Assembly (NCBI RefSeq): GCF_011386835.1
Contig: NC_088791.1
Span: forward strand, 255,378,001-255,442,000
Source: Chrysemys picta bellii
Taxonomy: Eukaryota
Direction: 5' to 3'
DNA length: 64,000 nt
In this document: positions 25,973-36,013 of the stretch, in pieces
How the letters are laid out: the number at the start of each line of letters is the position of its first letter
Position numbering within the stretch: position 1 is the stretch's first letter
Made by a program: the position numbers and the translations under genes
Notes under the pieces: model-generated
Seen by the model: only the letters and a program-made list of their open reading frames with translations
The model's database searches: none
Told to the model about the DNA's origin: nothing

Positions 25973-26061
25973 GTTTCAGAGTAGCAGCCGTGTTAGTCTG
26001 TATCCGCAAAAAGAACAGGAGTACTTGTGGCACCTTAGAGACTAACAAATGTATTAGAGCA
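25973..26061 (+). mobile_element. Penelope pLTR fragment
   Basis: gtttcagagtagcagccgtgttagtctgtatccgcaaaaagaacaggagtacttgtggcaccttagagactaacaaat; nearly identical to the inverted copy at 53572-53637. Confidence 0.8.
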
Positions 26062-26152
26062 CAAATTTAGTATCCATACAGATATATAGCGCTTTTAGAT
26101 CTGAAGGGGTGCAGTCATTTGAGTTCCACAAATAATGTGTCAGTGAATTTAC

Positions 26153-26251
26153 CTGTATAGTCCTCTGAGTGCCATCAATGGTGACAGACGATAAGGGTGA
26201 AGCCAGGTTCCACTCACTGGTCACATTTAGTTTCATCCCATCAACTTCCAC
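26153..26251 (-). CDS. PCCA: PCCA internal coding exon (human exon 20 equivalent), 99 bp, phase 0/0
   Basis: Minus strand tcacaacag|GTGGAAGTT...ACTATACAG|gtaaat = [33 protein letters not shown], versus recalled human [33 protein letters not shown]. Joins in frame to the 13128-13181 exon (QRTIQ-CLSRD). Confidence 0.97.
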
Positions 26252-27510
26252 CTGTTGTGACACCAAACAAGACTGTTACCATGAAGACGGACAGAACACT
26301 GATCTCAAGTTCATTGCTGCATACCAAGCAGAAACCATTTTAAAACAGATGGCTCCCAAACAACCTGTCATGTTTACTGCTTCTGCCATAAAAGACAGGG
26401 TCCAACAACAGAGTCTTCTAGGCATCTCTGGGGAGAGGTGAAGGACCTGTGAACAGCTGCCTCTGAGTAGTGAGGTTTCAAGTGATTTCCAGCAAGTAAC
26501 GAACACCCATCCAACTTTTAAATCTATCTGGACATGCTACATTTACTGCAATTAGACAAGTAATGCATATAAATTCCAGTGACACTTTGCAACCCACACC
26601 ACAGGGCTTGCATATAATATCCTCTCCAAGGACCAAGGAAGAACTTTCCCTGTGCTCTTAATGAAGGGTTTTGCATTGTTATCTTGATTAATATGAAGCA
26701 GTAATTAATTCTTTGGTGTTACATCTCAAAGTCCAGTCAAACTTTGCAAGTTCTGTCATGTTTTCCCTCAATCTACTACTAATCAGAGGACTGATTTCAC
26801 ACTTACATTCCACTGTGGTTATCCTGAAAGACTTAAGGGAAAAAAATCATCACCGCGTTTTTTTAATAAGAGAATTTTTCTACATAAGGACAAACAAGCT
26901 GAGTTATGAAACAAACAAAGTTAGTAACAGGAATAATGCTGACTGTGCTCTCTTACATTCACTCTAATTGGGCTATCAGCCCCTCTTAAAAAAAAATTAC
27001 CACAAACTGCTGAATGTTGTATTATGCTACAAGGACCTCAGAGTTTAACAACAGTAGAGTTTAATAAAAAGGAAGTAAAAATACCATTTATACAATAATA
27101 TTATATTGATTAACATTTGTAGAGTGCTTTGAACATGTAAAATGCTATTTATGCAAGGCAAAGGTAAGTACAAACGATCTCAACTATACATTATATTTTA
27201 AATAAAAGGAAAACAATAATTTTGTTATCTTGCATCCAGTCATACCCTCAAAAGCCCCAGAATATGTCCAATCAATAAATCACACACAATAACATCAAGT
27301 TTATCAAAATCCCTTATATTTCATGCCACTGAAATTATCTCAGTAAACTGGAAGAAAACACCGCTTCAGCAAAACTGTATTTACAATAAGTGCTGTGCCC
27401 TTCTTTGGTAACATAGTAAAGACATCTAAAAATTAGCCTTTTTAAATTTTAACATTTAATAATTTCATTTAATATATTTGACAATAGGGTAAGGCAGCAA
27501 AAATTATATT

Positions 27511-27607
27511 AAAAAGCAACAGAGGGTCCTGTGGCACCTTTAAGACTAACAGAAGTATTGGAACATAAGCTTTCGTGGGTGAATGCCCACTTCATCAGAC
27601 GCAAGTG
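27511..27607 (+). mobile_element. Penelope pLTR fragment carrying a hammerhead motif
   Basis: aaaaagcaacagagggtcctgtggcacctttaagactaacagaagtattggaacataagctttcgtgggtgaatgcccacttcatcagacgcaag; 8-bp direct repeat attatatt at 27503-27510 and 27608-27615. Confidence 0.8.
27563..27602 (-). ncRNA. Minimal type-I hammerhead ribozyme motif (PLE-associated)
   Basis: Minus strand 5'-GCGU CUGAUGA A GUGGG CAUUCA CCCAC GAAA GCU U AUGU-3': full CUGAnGA and GAAA core, 5-bp stem II, palindromic AGCU stem III, 4-bp stem I (two G.U pairs). Confidence 0.75.
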
Positions 27608-27852
27608 ATTATATTGTATCTAAAGGAGTTCCATATAACCAAACGTATATGGCTAATATGCATCATTTCATTTTACCTTGGAAAACCTTTAGCCCAAGAA
27701 ACCTCTAATTCCACAGATGCTTATTTTAGAATATAAACGTTTTCTTTAATGGATATGATCCACTCAATATTCCTACAGGTTTTGACTTCAAATACAGTCA
27801 TGTATAGAGATCATGAATAAAACAAGTAATTTATAATGGTTCACCAAAAGGC

Positions 27853-27995
27853 TAGATCAGCTGGCATGATCCAGCTGCTTTGCGCTGTTCCAGTGATATA
27901 AAACAGCCATCAACCTGGCTTAAGTTAAACCAGGTTTACAGCTGCTTTGCATCACAGGAGCAGCACAAAGCAGCCGGAGCATACCAGTGAATCTG
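27853..27995. mobile_element. Short foldback MITE (about 143 bp hairpin)
   Basis: tagatcagctggcatgatccagctgctttgcgctgttccagtgat pairs with atcacaggagcagcacaaagcagccggagcataccagtgaatctg; inner aacctgg/ccaggtt. Confidence 0.65.
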
Positions 27996-28204
27996 TCCCA
28001 ATGTCAATAAAAGTGAATTGGCAAATATTATCTCTGCTGAGAATAGTATCAACTTGTGAAAGAGACTCCACTAAGAGCAGAACAAGCCTGGTGCCCTGTC
28101 TTCACACTCTGGAAGGACAGCTATCAGTCAAAAACTAAAGTTGATAGAAAAGCCAATCCTTTTCTGATGACATAATTAAGAACACTACTAAGAAAAAATC
28201 AGTT

Positions 28205-28546
28205 GTGCTAAAACAATCACCACCTTCAAATCCTTCCTCAAAAAATTCTCCTTTGATGTGATGCCTACAAAAAACTTGGCAACAGCTAAGCTGCTGGTGT
28301 GCTGAGACTACTCTCTATCATGCTGACCAGTACGGTCTCATTCTTTCCTTGTACTTCCCTGTCTGTCGGCAGCCATCTGTTGTCTCTTATCTTATATACA
28401 GATTGTAAGATCTCTGGGGGCAGGGACCATCTTTTGTTCTGTGTTTGTACAGTGCCTAACACGATGGAGTTCTGGTATATGACTAGGGCTCCTTGGCTTT
28501 ATGGTAAATAAATAATAATAATTTATGGTAAATAAATAATAATAAT
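28205..28546 (+). mobile_element. L2 LINE 3' end with duplicated 24-bp tail
   Basis: ccttcaaatccttcctcaaaa...acagattgtaagatctctgggggcagggacc...tgtttgtacagtgcctaacac; tail ttatggtaaataaataataataat x2 (28499-28546). Confidence 0.75.
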
Positions 28547-29503
28547 TAATAAACTTGCAATGTTTCTCAGGAACAAGAAAACAAAGGAGCAGCTGCCAGA
28601 GCAGATCAGAATACTGGCCAACAAGCAACTGAGACTGCACTCTGGGGCTGTACTTCTGCAAGATTTACATATAGTTTGGTAGAAGCTACAGCTGACATCT
28701 AAGTACTAATCAAAGGTGAAGGGTGCCATTCAAACACCTCAACTCTGCAACCAATTCCATTATTAGTCCCTCTATCACTGTAAAAAGATATTTTAAAAAA
28801 AGTGTCATACTGGCAAGTTACCAGACTCTGAGCCCTCACAAGAATACATACAAGTCTAGTCATCTGTGATTCAGATGAAGTTAGCATCCAGGAAATGGGG
28901 CAGAATGCACTGTGAGGGTGACCATGATGCAAGTTGGAGGCTCTGGAGGAGCAGGTTTGATTAGTGAAGCATGGTTCAAACACTGCAGCATTTATTGTGG
29001 ACTGTGTGGAAAATGCAGGCAATGCATTGCTTCTACCATATATTCACCATTCAGCAAGACATGTAGGACCAAATGAGGGAATTGAATATGCAGTTTGTAC
29101 CAAAGAGAGTCCAGAGAAAATTTTGCAAATGTGGCAGAGACAGCAAAAGCCCTAATGCTTAAAGTGGCAGGGCAGGGAGGGGAAAATATATCACACCATA
29201 GGAAAAATGAGGCAAGGTCTGAGGATAAGAGCAGAGTGGCCTTGCAGGAAGCAGGTTAATTGCGCTATGTAGCAAGAAGCTTCTATACAAGCCAAAAACA
29301 AAGAAAAAACAGTTATTTGTGGGATTAATTAGACTTTTACTTGTTTAAGTAATGAGACTGTCCCTTCCAGAAATGAGCCAAGTAAAGTAAGAGCAGAACC
29401 GCAAGTCCAAAAGCCAAGCTAGCTAATGGGATGGAAGCAGAAAGCCAAATATAATGGTCAGAGAACGGTCTGACTCAGTAGGAATGTCACAAACCTCTAT
29501 AAC

Positions 29504-29972
29504 TTTGCATGGAAGGATTCGATTTTTAATCAGTAAATGTCACTAAACATCAATTTCACTGTACATACAAACCAGTGAAAAAATATTTCCATCAATGATA
29601 ATCAAAAGGCAAAGTAAGAAAAATAGTGCTTGAGAACTTATTAGAGTTTGATTTACGGATATTTATTTGTATATTTTGACATGTGACGGTGACAATTTCT
29701 GTTTTAACCGTTAGATAGCGTCAACTTTTTGAACCTCAATATCTACTGTCAATAAATTATTTGATCCCCCCAATATCTGACTCCCCCATAATTTCCTGAA
29801 ACTGTGAAAATTAACAGATAAAATTGAAATGTTTCAAAGCCATTTCACACAACAGTGAAAAATGTAAATAAATATAAAAAACAAGCTTAAAAATAAACAT
29901 ATCCATCAAAATTATAAAATATATATATAATTATATATAAATATATATATAAATCGAATTCTGCCAAGCCTG
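29504..29972. mobile_element. Non-autonomous DNA transposon (AT-rich interior)
   Basis: Imperfect TIRs gcatggaaggattcgattt / aaatcgaattctgccaagcc. Confidence 0.55.
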
Positions 29973-30080
29973 TCCATGCTGTTGTTTTAAACAGAAATCA
30001 GCGTCGGTAGCTTGTTGAGATTTGAAGATACCTCTCTCTAGACAGCGGCCATTCAGACACTACAGGATTACACACTAGGA

Positions 30081-30390
30081 CAAGGGTTGGCAACCTTTCA
30101 GAAGTGGTGTGCCGAGACTTCATTTATTCATTTTAATTTAAGGTTTCGTGTGCCAGTAATACATTTTAACGTTTTTAGAAGGTCTCTTTTATAAGTCTAG
30201 AATATATAACTAAACTATTGTTGTATGTAAAGTAAATAAGGTTTTTAAAATGTTTAAGAAGCTTCATTTAAAATTAAATTAAAATGCAGAGCCCCCCGGA
30301 CTGGTGGCCAGGACCCGGGCAGTGAGAGTGCCACTGAAAATCAGCTCGTGTGCCACCTTCGGCACGCGTGCCATAGGTTGCCTACCCCTG
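30081..30390. mobile_element. hAT MITE (310 bp)
   Basis: TIRs caagggttggcaacct / aggttgcctacccctg; perfect 8-bp TSD cactagga (30073-30080, 30391-30398). Confidence 0.9.
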
Positions 30391-33300
30391 CACTAGGACA
30401 ACAGTACAGTTGAGTGATTTATAGACACTAAGTAGTAAACAGATGAGCAAATTTTGCAGCATTAATCTTTTGTTTAATTTTTGTCCTGGGCTAACGAGAC
30501 TACAACCACCAACCAGGAAACTCCAACGACCCCTGTGGGCACATGGCAGGTTTTGAATGTGCAAGATCATTTGTTTGGTTGGTTTGGCTGTAAGACAAAG
30601 TGAGAGAAAGAAGAGGGTTTGGACTCAAGACTTTCAGCTGCTTAGGTTCAATTGGAAAATAACCTTTCCTCCTTAGAAATAACTGACGCTGGAAAGATCA
30701 TGAAAACAGATGCCTCTTTGTAGTATTTCTGAAGAGTCTTATTTACCATATTCACTACTGACAAGACATTTTGGTGGATGTATTCATACCAGAGTATAAC
30801 TTACAGCCTTATTTAGGCTAGATCCAGAACATCACTCAACACAATCCCAGCAATGATTTAAAATAAATATATCTAAGAGGAGCTGCAGAAAAGGTGAATG
30901 AAACAGCAAACAGGACAGGCAGGGCCTTTGGGGAACAGAAGAGCGCAGCACAAAGCAAGGGCAAATTGGGAAAGGCAACAAAAGGGGACAGCTCGCATTA
31001 AGCCGGCTAGCAGTGGCTTTCAAATAAAAGCTGGACACGCTAAAGCATATATGATAGGAACATCCTTGATACAAATTCACTAGTCAGTGATAAGGTGAGA
31101 TTATCTGTGTGTATCTATTGACAAAAGTATATTCACATCAGTTTAACAGAAATCTGCTCCCCTCCCCCTTTCTTTTTTTCAAACAAATGCAAGGTCAGCA
31201 TTAAATACCTTTGAAGTGGTTGTTCCTGTACTCTCAAAAAAAGAAGTTAAAATGTGTGAGGTTTCAATCTCATTAGAAGAATCCCTTTTTACAAACTTTT
31301 CTTTTGTTCATATTTGCACTTACTTCTAAAAAAGACCCCAAGAGAGAGTTCCAGCCTATACATCACTTGTCCTGAAGAAAGCTCAGTTAACTATTTATAG
31401 ATCCTGCCCTTTTGTACCAAACCAGATCAAGCGATTTATTCAGTGCATGACTGCAGGAGAGAAATTCATTTGCTCTAAGTGTCATCAAGGCAGCCTTTTA
31501 CCTGCTATGAATGAGACCAGAAGATTTTGAATTGCTGGGCTCTGACTTCAAATGCACATTTCTATGTTGTATGGAGTGCAATGATTTCTTTCAGATTTTC
31601 AAAGCATTTTAGCACATTTATAGAATGGACAGCCTATAACTGCAAGATCATTTTCCTTCCCAATAACTCAAACACACACACAGTCAGCTCCATATTAGAT
31701 TTCTTTTCTGTAAGGTAGCAGATTCATGTAAATTGTCAGTAGAGGCTTGGTATATCTCACTTTGGAAATGGGAGCATGCCAGTCTAGGAGGTAATGGAGA
31801 AAGATAGTAATGAATATCAACTCTTCAGCTCGGTGGCAATGGAATAAAAAGCAAAACAAAGAGAGAGAAAAGTGATGGCATTTATCACTCTGATCAGCAA
31901 GACCCTACTTTTGGCATTTACTAGGGTAAAAGTTCCCTTAGAAAAGCCTAACAGAGACACTATATCCTCCAAATGAATTTTACTATGGCAAATGCTTTGT
32001 TGTTCGGCGACTTCAGACTTTCTTGTAGAGTCATTAGTGAGAAAATAGCTTATATTTGTAAGATAACTGCATCCACATAGCTCAAAGCCACACTAATGCA
32101 AAGAGTTAAAGAAATTAGTTGTTGAGAAATTGACATTTATAAGGATAATATTTTGTAACAGCCATTGTGCCTTTAGCCTGACCACGTACAGTGGGTTTGG
32201 GAAGCATGGTTCATGTTTTCATAGGATCATTACAGAACAGAAAAAGATAGCCGGATTCTCTTCCCGGCTACATCCCGTTTGCACCAACCTGGCAGCACAA
32301 AGAGCACAGAAACTACTCAGCGCTGCCCTGCTAGGGTTTGTCCTAGCATGGAGTCCCCAGAGTACAGAACTGGTGTTGTTAGCTCATATGTCGCTCCCTT
32401 CAGGCTATGCATAGAGGTGTGGCCAAAGTGCACCATTTTCTGTCTTTCCTCAGCTTGTGGATAGTGCATTGGGGATAGTCACCAAGTGACAGAGTTTTGA
32501 GCAGAGCCTCGGCTTCACTAAATGATGTTAGGGAGAGGTCTCAAGTAGGGCCAGCCAGAAAATGGCAGAATAGTTCAGACATTCCCCTGTCTTTTCTGGA
32601 GATTCAGAGCCAAAACTCATGTCTATGTACTGCAAGCGCTAAGCAAGTCTGATCTTTAACTGCCTTTCAGTTGCAAAGGTTCCATTCGTTCACCTCAGAG
32701 GCAGACCATGATCCCAACTCTTTTCCCACTTAACCGTGGAAATCTGAAAAGAATAGGTAATGGCCTTATTGTACAGCTGTGCTACCATGAGTAAAAGATA
32801 GATTTAAACTGCTTCTATTTTAGACAACAATCAGATTTTAGAACAGAAATGAATTTTTAAAATTCTTTATTTAGTAGCGACCTTCACTAAACCTTATGAT
32901 AAGTTTCACAATAAGAAATGATGGACAGGCCAAAAATAAATAATTTTTAATATAGAGACAATATCCCTAACCATTAGCTCATAGGCCGAGCACCAAGAAT
33001 TCCTGAATTCCTATTCTGGCTCTTTTATAGGCAACTCTTGTGCCTTTAATTTTTGGTGTCTTATTTATGGGAAGTCAACTTTAGACATCTGGTAGTTATA
33101 GGTATCACTGCATGGATACCTACTGGGAGAGAGGATATGTGAAAAATTAAAAAGTACACACACCCACACCGCTAATTCATGGGAAAAAATATCTGGATTT
33201 ATTTGGAAATGGCCTTCTTTTCAAGATGAGAATTATGTACTTAATGGGCTTCTGTGTCTGGTCTAAGCTAAATACTGTGCTACAGCAAACTGCTGAGCAC

Positions 33301-33459
33301 TGACAACAGTTCCCCAATAGATCAGAAACGTTTTATTTCATACATCTAGAACTTGGTGCATAGATCCAACAAGATCAGCAGGCTTCAAAATAGCTAATGA
33401 GAAAGAAAAGTGTTCCTTGGATACAACTTTCAAGTATAACAACACAAGACACTATAGAG

Positions 33460-33790
33460 CAGTGGTTCATAACCAGGGGGACGGCGAGCAGGGCCAGCGT
33501 TAGACTCGCTGAGGCCCAGGGCAGAAAGCCAAAGCCCCTCCGCACTGGGCTGAAACCCAGATCCCTGAGCCCTGCCACCCGCGGCTGAAGCCAAAGCCTG
33601 AGCAACTTAGCTTCACAGGAGGCCCTGTGGCGTGGGGCCCCAGGCAATTGCCCTGCTTGCTACCCCATAATGCCAGCCCTGGATTTTATATGCAGAAAAC
33701 CAGTTGTTGTGGCACAGGTGGGCCGTGGAGTTTTTATAACATGTTGGGGGGCAGGAGGGGCCTCAGAAAGAAAAAGGTTGAAAACCTCTG
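33460..33790. mobile_element. hAT MITE (331 bp)
   Basis: TIRs cagtggttcataacc / ggttgaaaacctctg; degraded TSD ctatagag / ctatacat. Confidence 0.8.
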
Positions 33791-34099
33791 CTATACATCA
33801 CCTAGGTGGTCATATTGGACATAATCAGCCACTAGTTTCAATGATTTTTCCCATTACACTGCACTGGGAGCAATGCTATTTCTCATTAAATTAGTACATT
33901 ATAAAGAAAAGGACTGACAGAACAATACTTTTGATTTGAATACTTTGTATTGACAAAAGCTAGGTTTACTGGACCCTTGGGTACTGATTTCACTTAGTAG
34001 TTCCAATCCTACTGACCTCAGTTGACATAACAGGACACAAGGCTGCATTAGTACCTAAAGGTAGGTCTATACTGATGGGGCCAGACTCCCAACCCAGGT

Positions 34100-34307
34100 A
34101 AAAATAAAAATAAAAATAAATAAAATATATGGAGATATACCTATCTCATAGAACTGGAAGGGACCCTGAAAGATCATCGAGTCCAGCCCCCTGCCTTCAC
34201 TAGCAGGACCAAGTACTGATTTTGTCCCCGATCCCTAGGTGGCCCCCATCAAGGATTGAACTCACAACCCTGGGTTTAGCAGGGAAATGCTCAAACCACT
34301 GAGCTAT
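34100..34307 (-). mobile_element. Tortoise-type tRNA-derived PolIII SINE with CR1-derived tail
   Basis: Minus strand A box tagctcagtgg, B box gagttcaatcc, CR1-like tail gactcgatgatctttcagggtcccttccagttctatgag, then T-rich tail. Confidence 0.85.
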
Positions 34308-34448
34308 TATGCTAGTGGGGCTCTGGCTAGTGCGCTAAAAATAGTGGTGTGGACGTTGCAGCTTTGGCTGAGACTCAGGCTAGCCACCTGAGCTCAGACT
34401 CGGGGCCTTGGGTGAGCCTGAGCGCCTGAGCTGCAGCATCCACACGGC

Positions 34449-34551
34449 TAGGGTGACCAGACAGCAAGTGTGAAAAATCGGGACGGGGGTGGGGGGTAAT
34501 AGGAGCCTATATAAGAAAAAGACCCAAAAATCGGGACACCTGGTCACCCTA
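34449..34551. mobile_element. hAT MITE (103 bp), same family as 11941-12063
   Basis: TIRs tagggtgaccaga / cctggtcacccta; TSD cacacggc / cacacagc. Confidence 0.9.
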
Positions 34552-34654
34552 CACACAGCTATCGTTAGCAAGCTAGCTCGAGTCCTGCTAGCACAAGTTT
34601 GTCTATCTGAGCTGGGAAGCTCATTCCCAACTGCAGTGTAGAAGTACCCTAAGA

Positions 34655-35218
34655 CAGACAGCAGCTTATGTCGATCTAATTATGTCAGTGTCTACACTAC
34701 AGCCTTGCTCCAGTTGATGTAAATGTCTCCAGGGGAGGCATAGGGCTTATGTCAGTGTAGTTAGGGCGACGCAGTGTCTGTGTAGACACTGCTTTACTTA
34801 TATCGGCTGTCACTCTTGTCAATTTCACAGCTCTGCGCTGGAGCTGTGAAATTGACAAGAAAGGCTGGTAGGGTCCCTGCTGTGAATGCCACACCCGGCT
34901 AAAGAGCTGTGACTGTCACCCTAGGGCGGCTGGGGAGCTCCAGCTGTGAGCCCAGATACTGTCTGGGCTCCAGGCCCCCCACTGCGCCCAAGCGCTGTCC
35001 AGGCTCTGGATGCAGAGCTTTGTGCCCAGAGCCTGGGCGGCTGCTGGGCTCCCACTAGGGCTGGGTTCTCTGCAGGGAGTGGAGCTGATAGCCCAGGTGG
35101 CAGTTGGGCTCCCAGTAGCCCACCAACAGAAGAAGGGTAGTGTGTGTGTACATGAAAAAAACCCAGTAAATACTGCGGTAACTGTAAGTCAACTTAATTT
35201 TGTAGTGTAGACATGCCC
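34655..35218. mobile_element. Harbinger-type MITE (left end degraded)
   Basis: Right end ttaattttgtagtgtagacatgccc; internal gtgtctacac/gtgtagacac motifs and a perfect 20-bp hairpin. Confidence 0.6.
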
Positions 35219-35282
35219 TCAGTTATCACCTCTCATACCGAGACTGAATTGGAGCTGGCCCTTGGGTTTCAAGGTAACTGTG

Positions 35283-35530
35283 GAATCACAGAATCATAGA
35301 ACTATAGGGTTAGAAGGCACTGCAAAGGTCATCTAGTCTAACCCTCTCCCAAGATGCAGGATTTGTTGTGTCTAAACCACCCAAGACAGGTGGCTATATC
35401 CAGCCTCTTTCTGAAAACCACTCGTGAAGGAGATTCCATGACTTCCCTAGGCGTTTTGTTCCATTGTCCTACTGTGCTTATAGTTTAAATGTCAGGAAAA
35501 GCCTTCTATCTAAATCTGCTGTGCTGTAGC
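35283..35530 (-). mobile_element. CR1 LINE 3' end fragment
   Basis: Plus strand gaatcacagaatcatagaactatagggttagaaggc...ggtcatctagtctaaccc is an antisense CR1 tail; same subfamily as 13509-13678. Confidence 0.85.
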
Positions 35531-35993
35531 TTGTAAATACATTATAGAATTAAAGCAGGTTCTTTCTTAACTCCCTCCTAATTTGTCATTGGCCACTTCG
35601 GCTCTAACTTATGCCTCTCATCCAAAAAAACATAGTGAACACATCTGTACTCCGCTTTAACCAACCTGGGTAAAAACAACTTTTTACCAGCTGTACCAGT
35701 TATCAGAGTGAAGTGGCCCTTGGAGGTCTTTTCTTTTCTACTTCCAGATGTAAAAAGCAACTGGCTCACTCTTTAAGATTTAGGCAAGAGAAGAGAATAG
35801 ATAAAGGAAAATGTAACCAGGAGGCTCTTTATTGTGGCTTTTTATGAGCATGCTAACTTTGAAAACACAAGCTCATACGCTAAAAGTGAAGCAGGTATTT
35901 TAACTGCAGGTCTGCAAAGAGCAACAGTAAGTGAGAGGAGAACATCTACATTACACCACACTTTTGGTAGTGTGAACTTTACCCCCCCCCCAG

Positions 35994-36013
35994 CACACAC
36001 ACACACACACACA
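35994..36013. repeat. (CA)10 microsatellite next to a C run
   Basis: cccccccccc-ag-cacacacacacacacacaca. Confidence 0.95.

Larger units (their letters stand above)
34059..34649. mobile_element. Harbinger-type MITE hosting two nested insertions
   Basis: TIRs aggtaggtctatact / agtgtagaagtaccc; TAA on both sides (34056-34058, 34650-34652). Confidence 0.75.

Noticed and set aside
34240-34307. tRNA-like A and B boxes as a tRNA gene
   Set aside because: It is the 5'-clipped head of a SINE, continuing into a CR1 tail; there is no complete cloverleaf.
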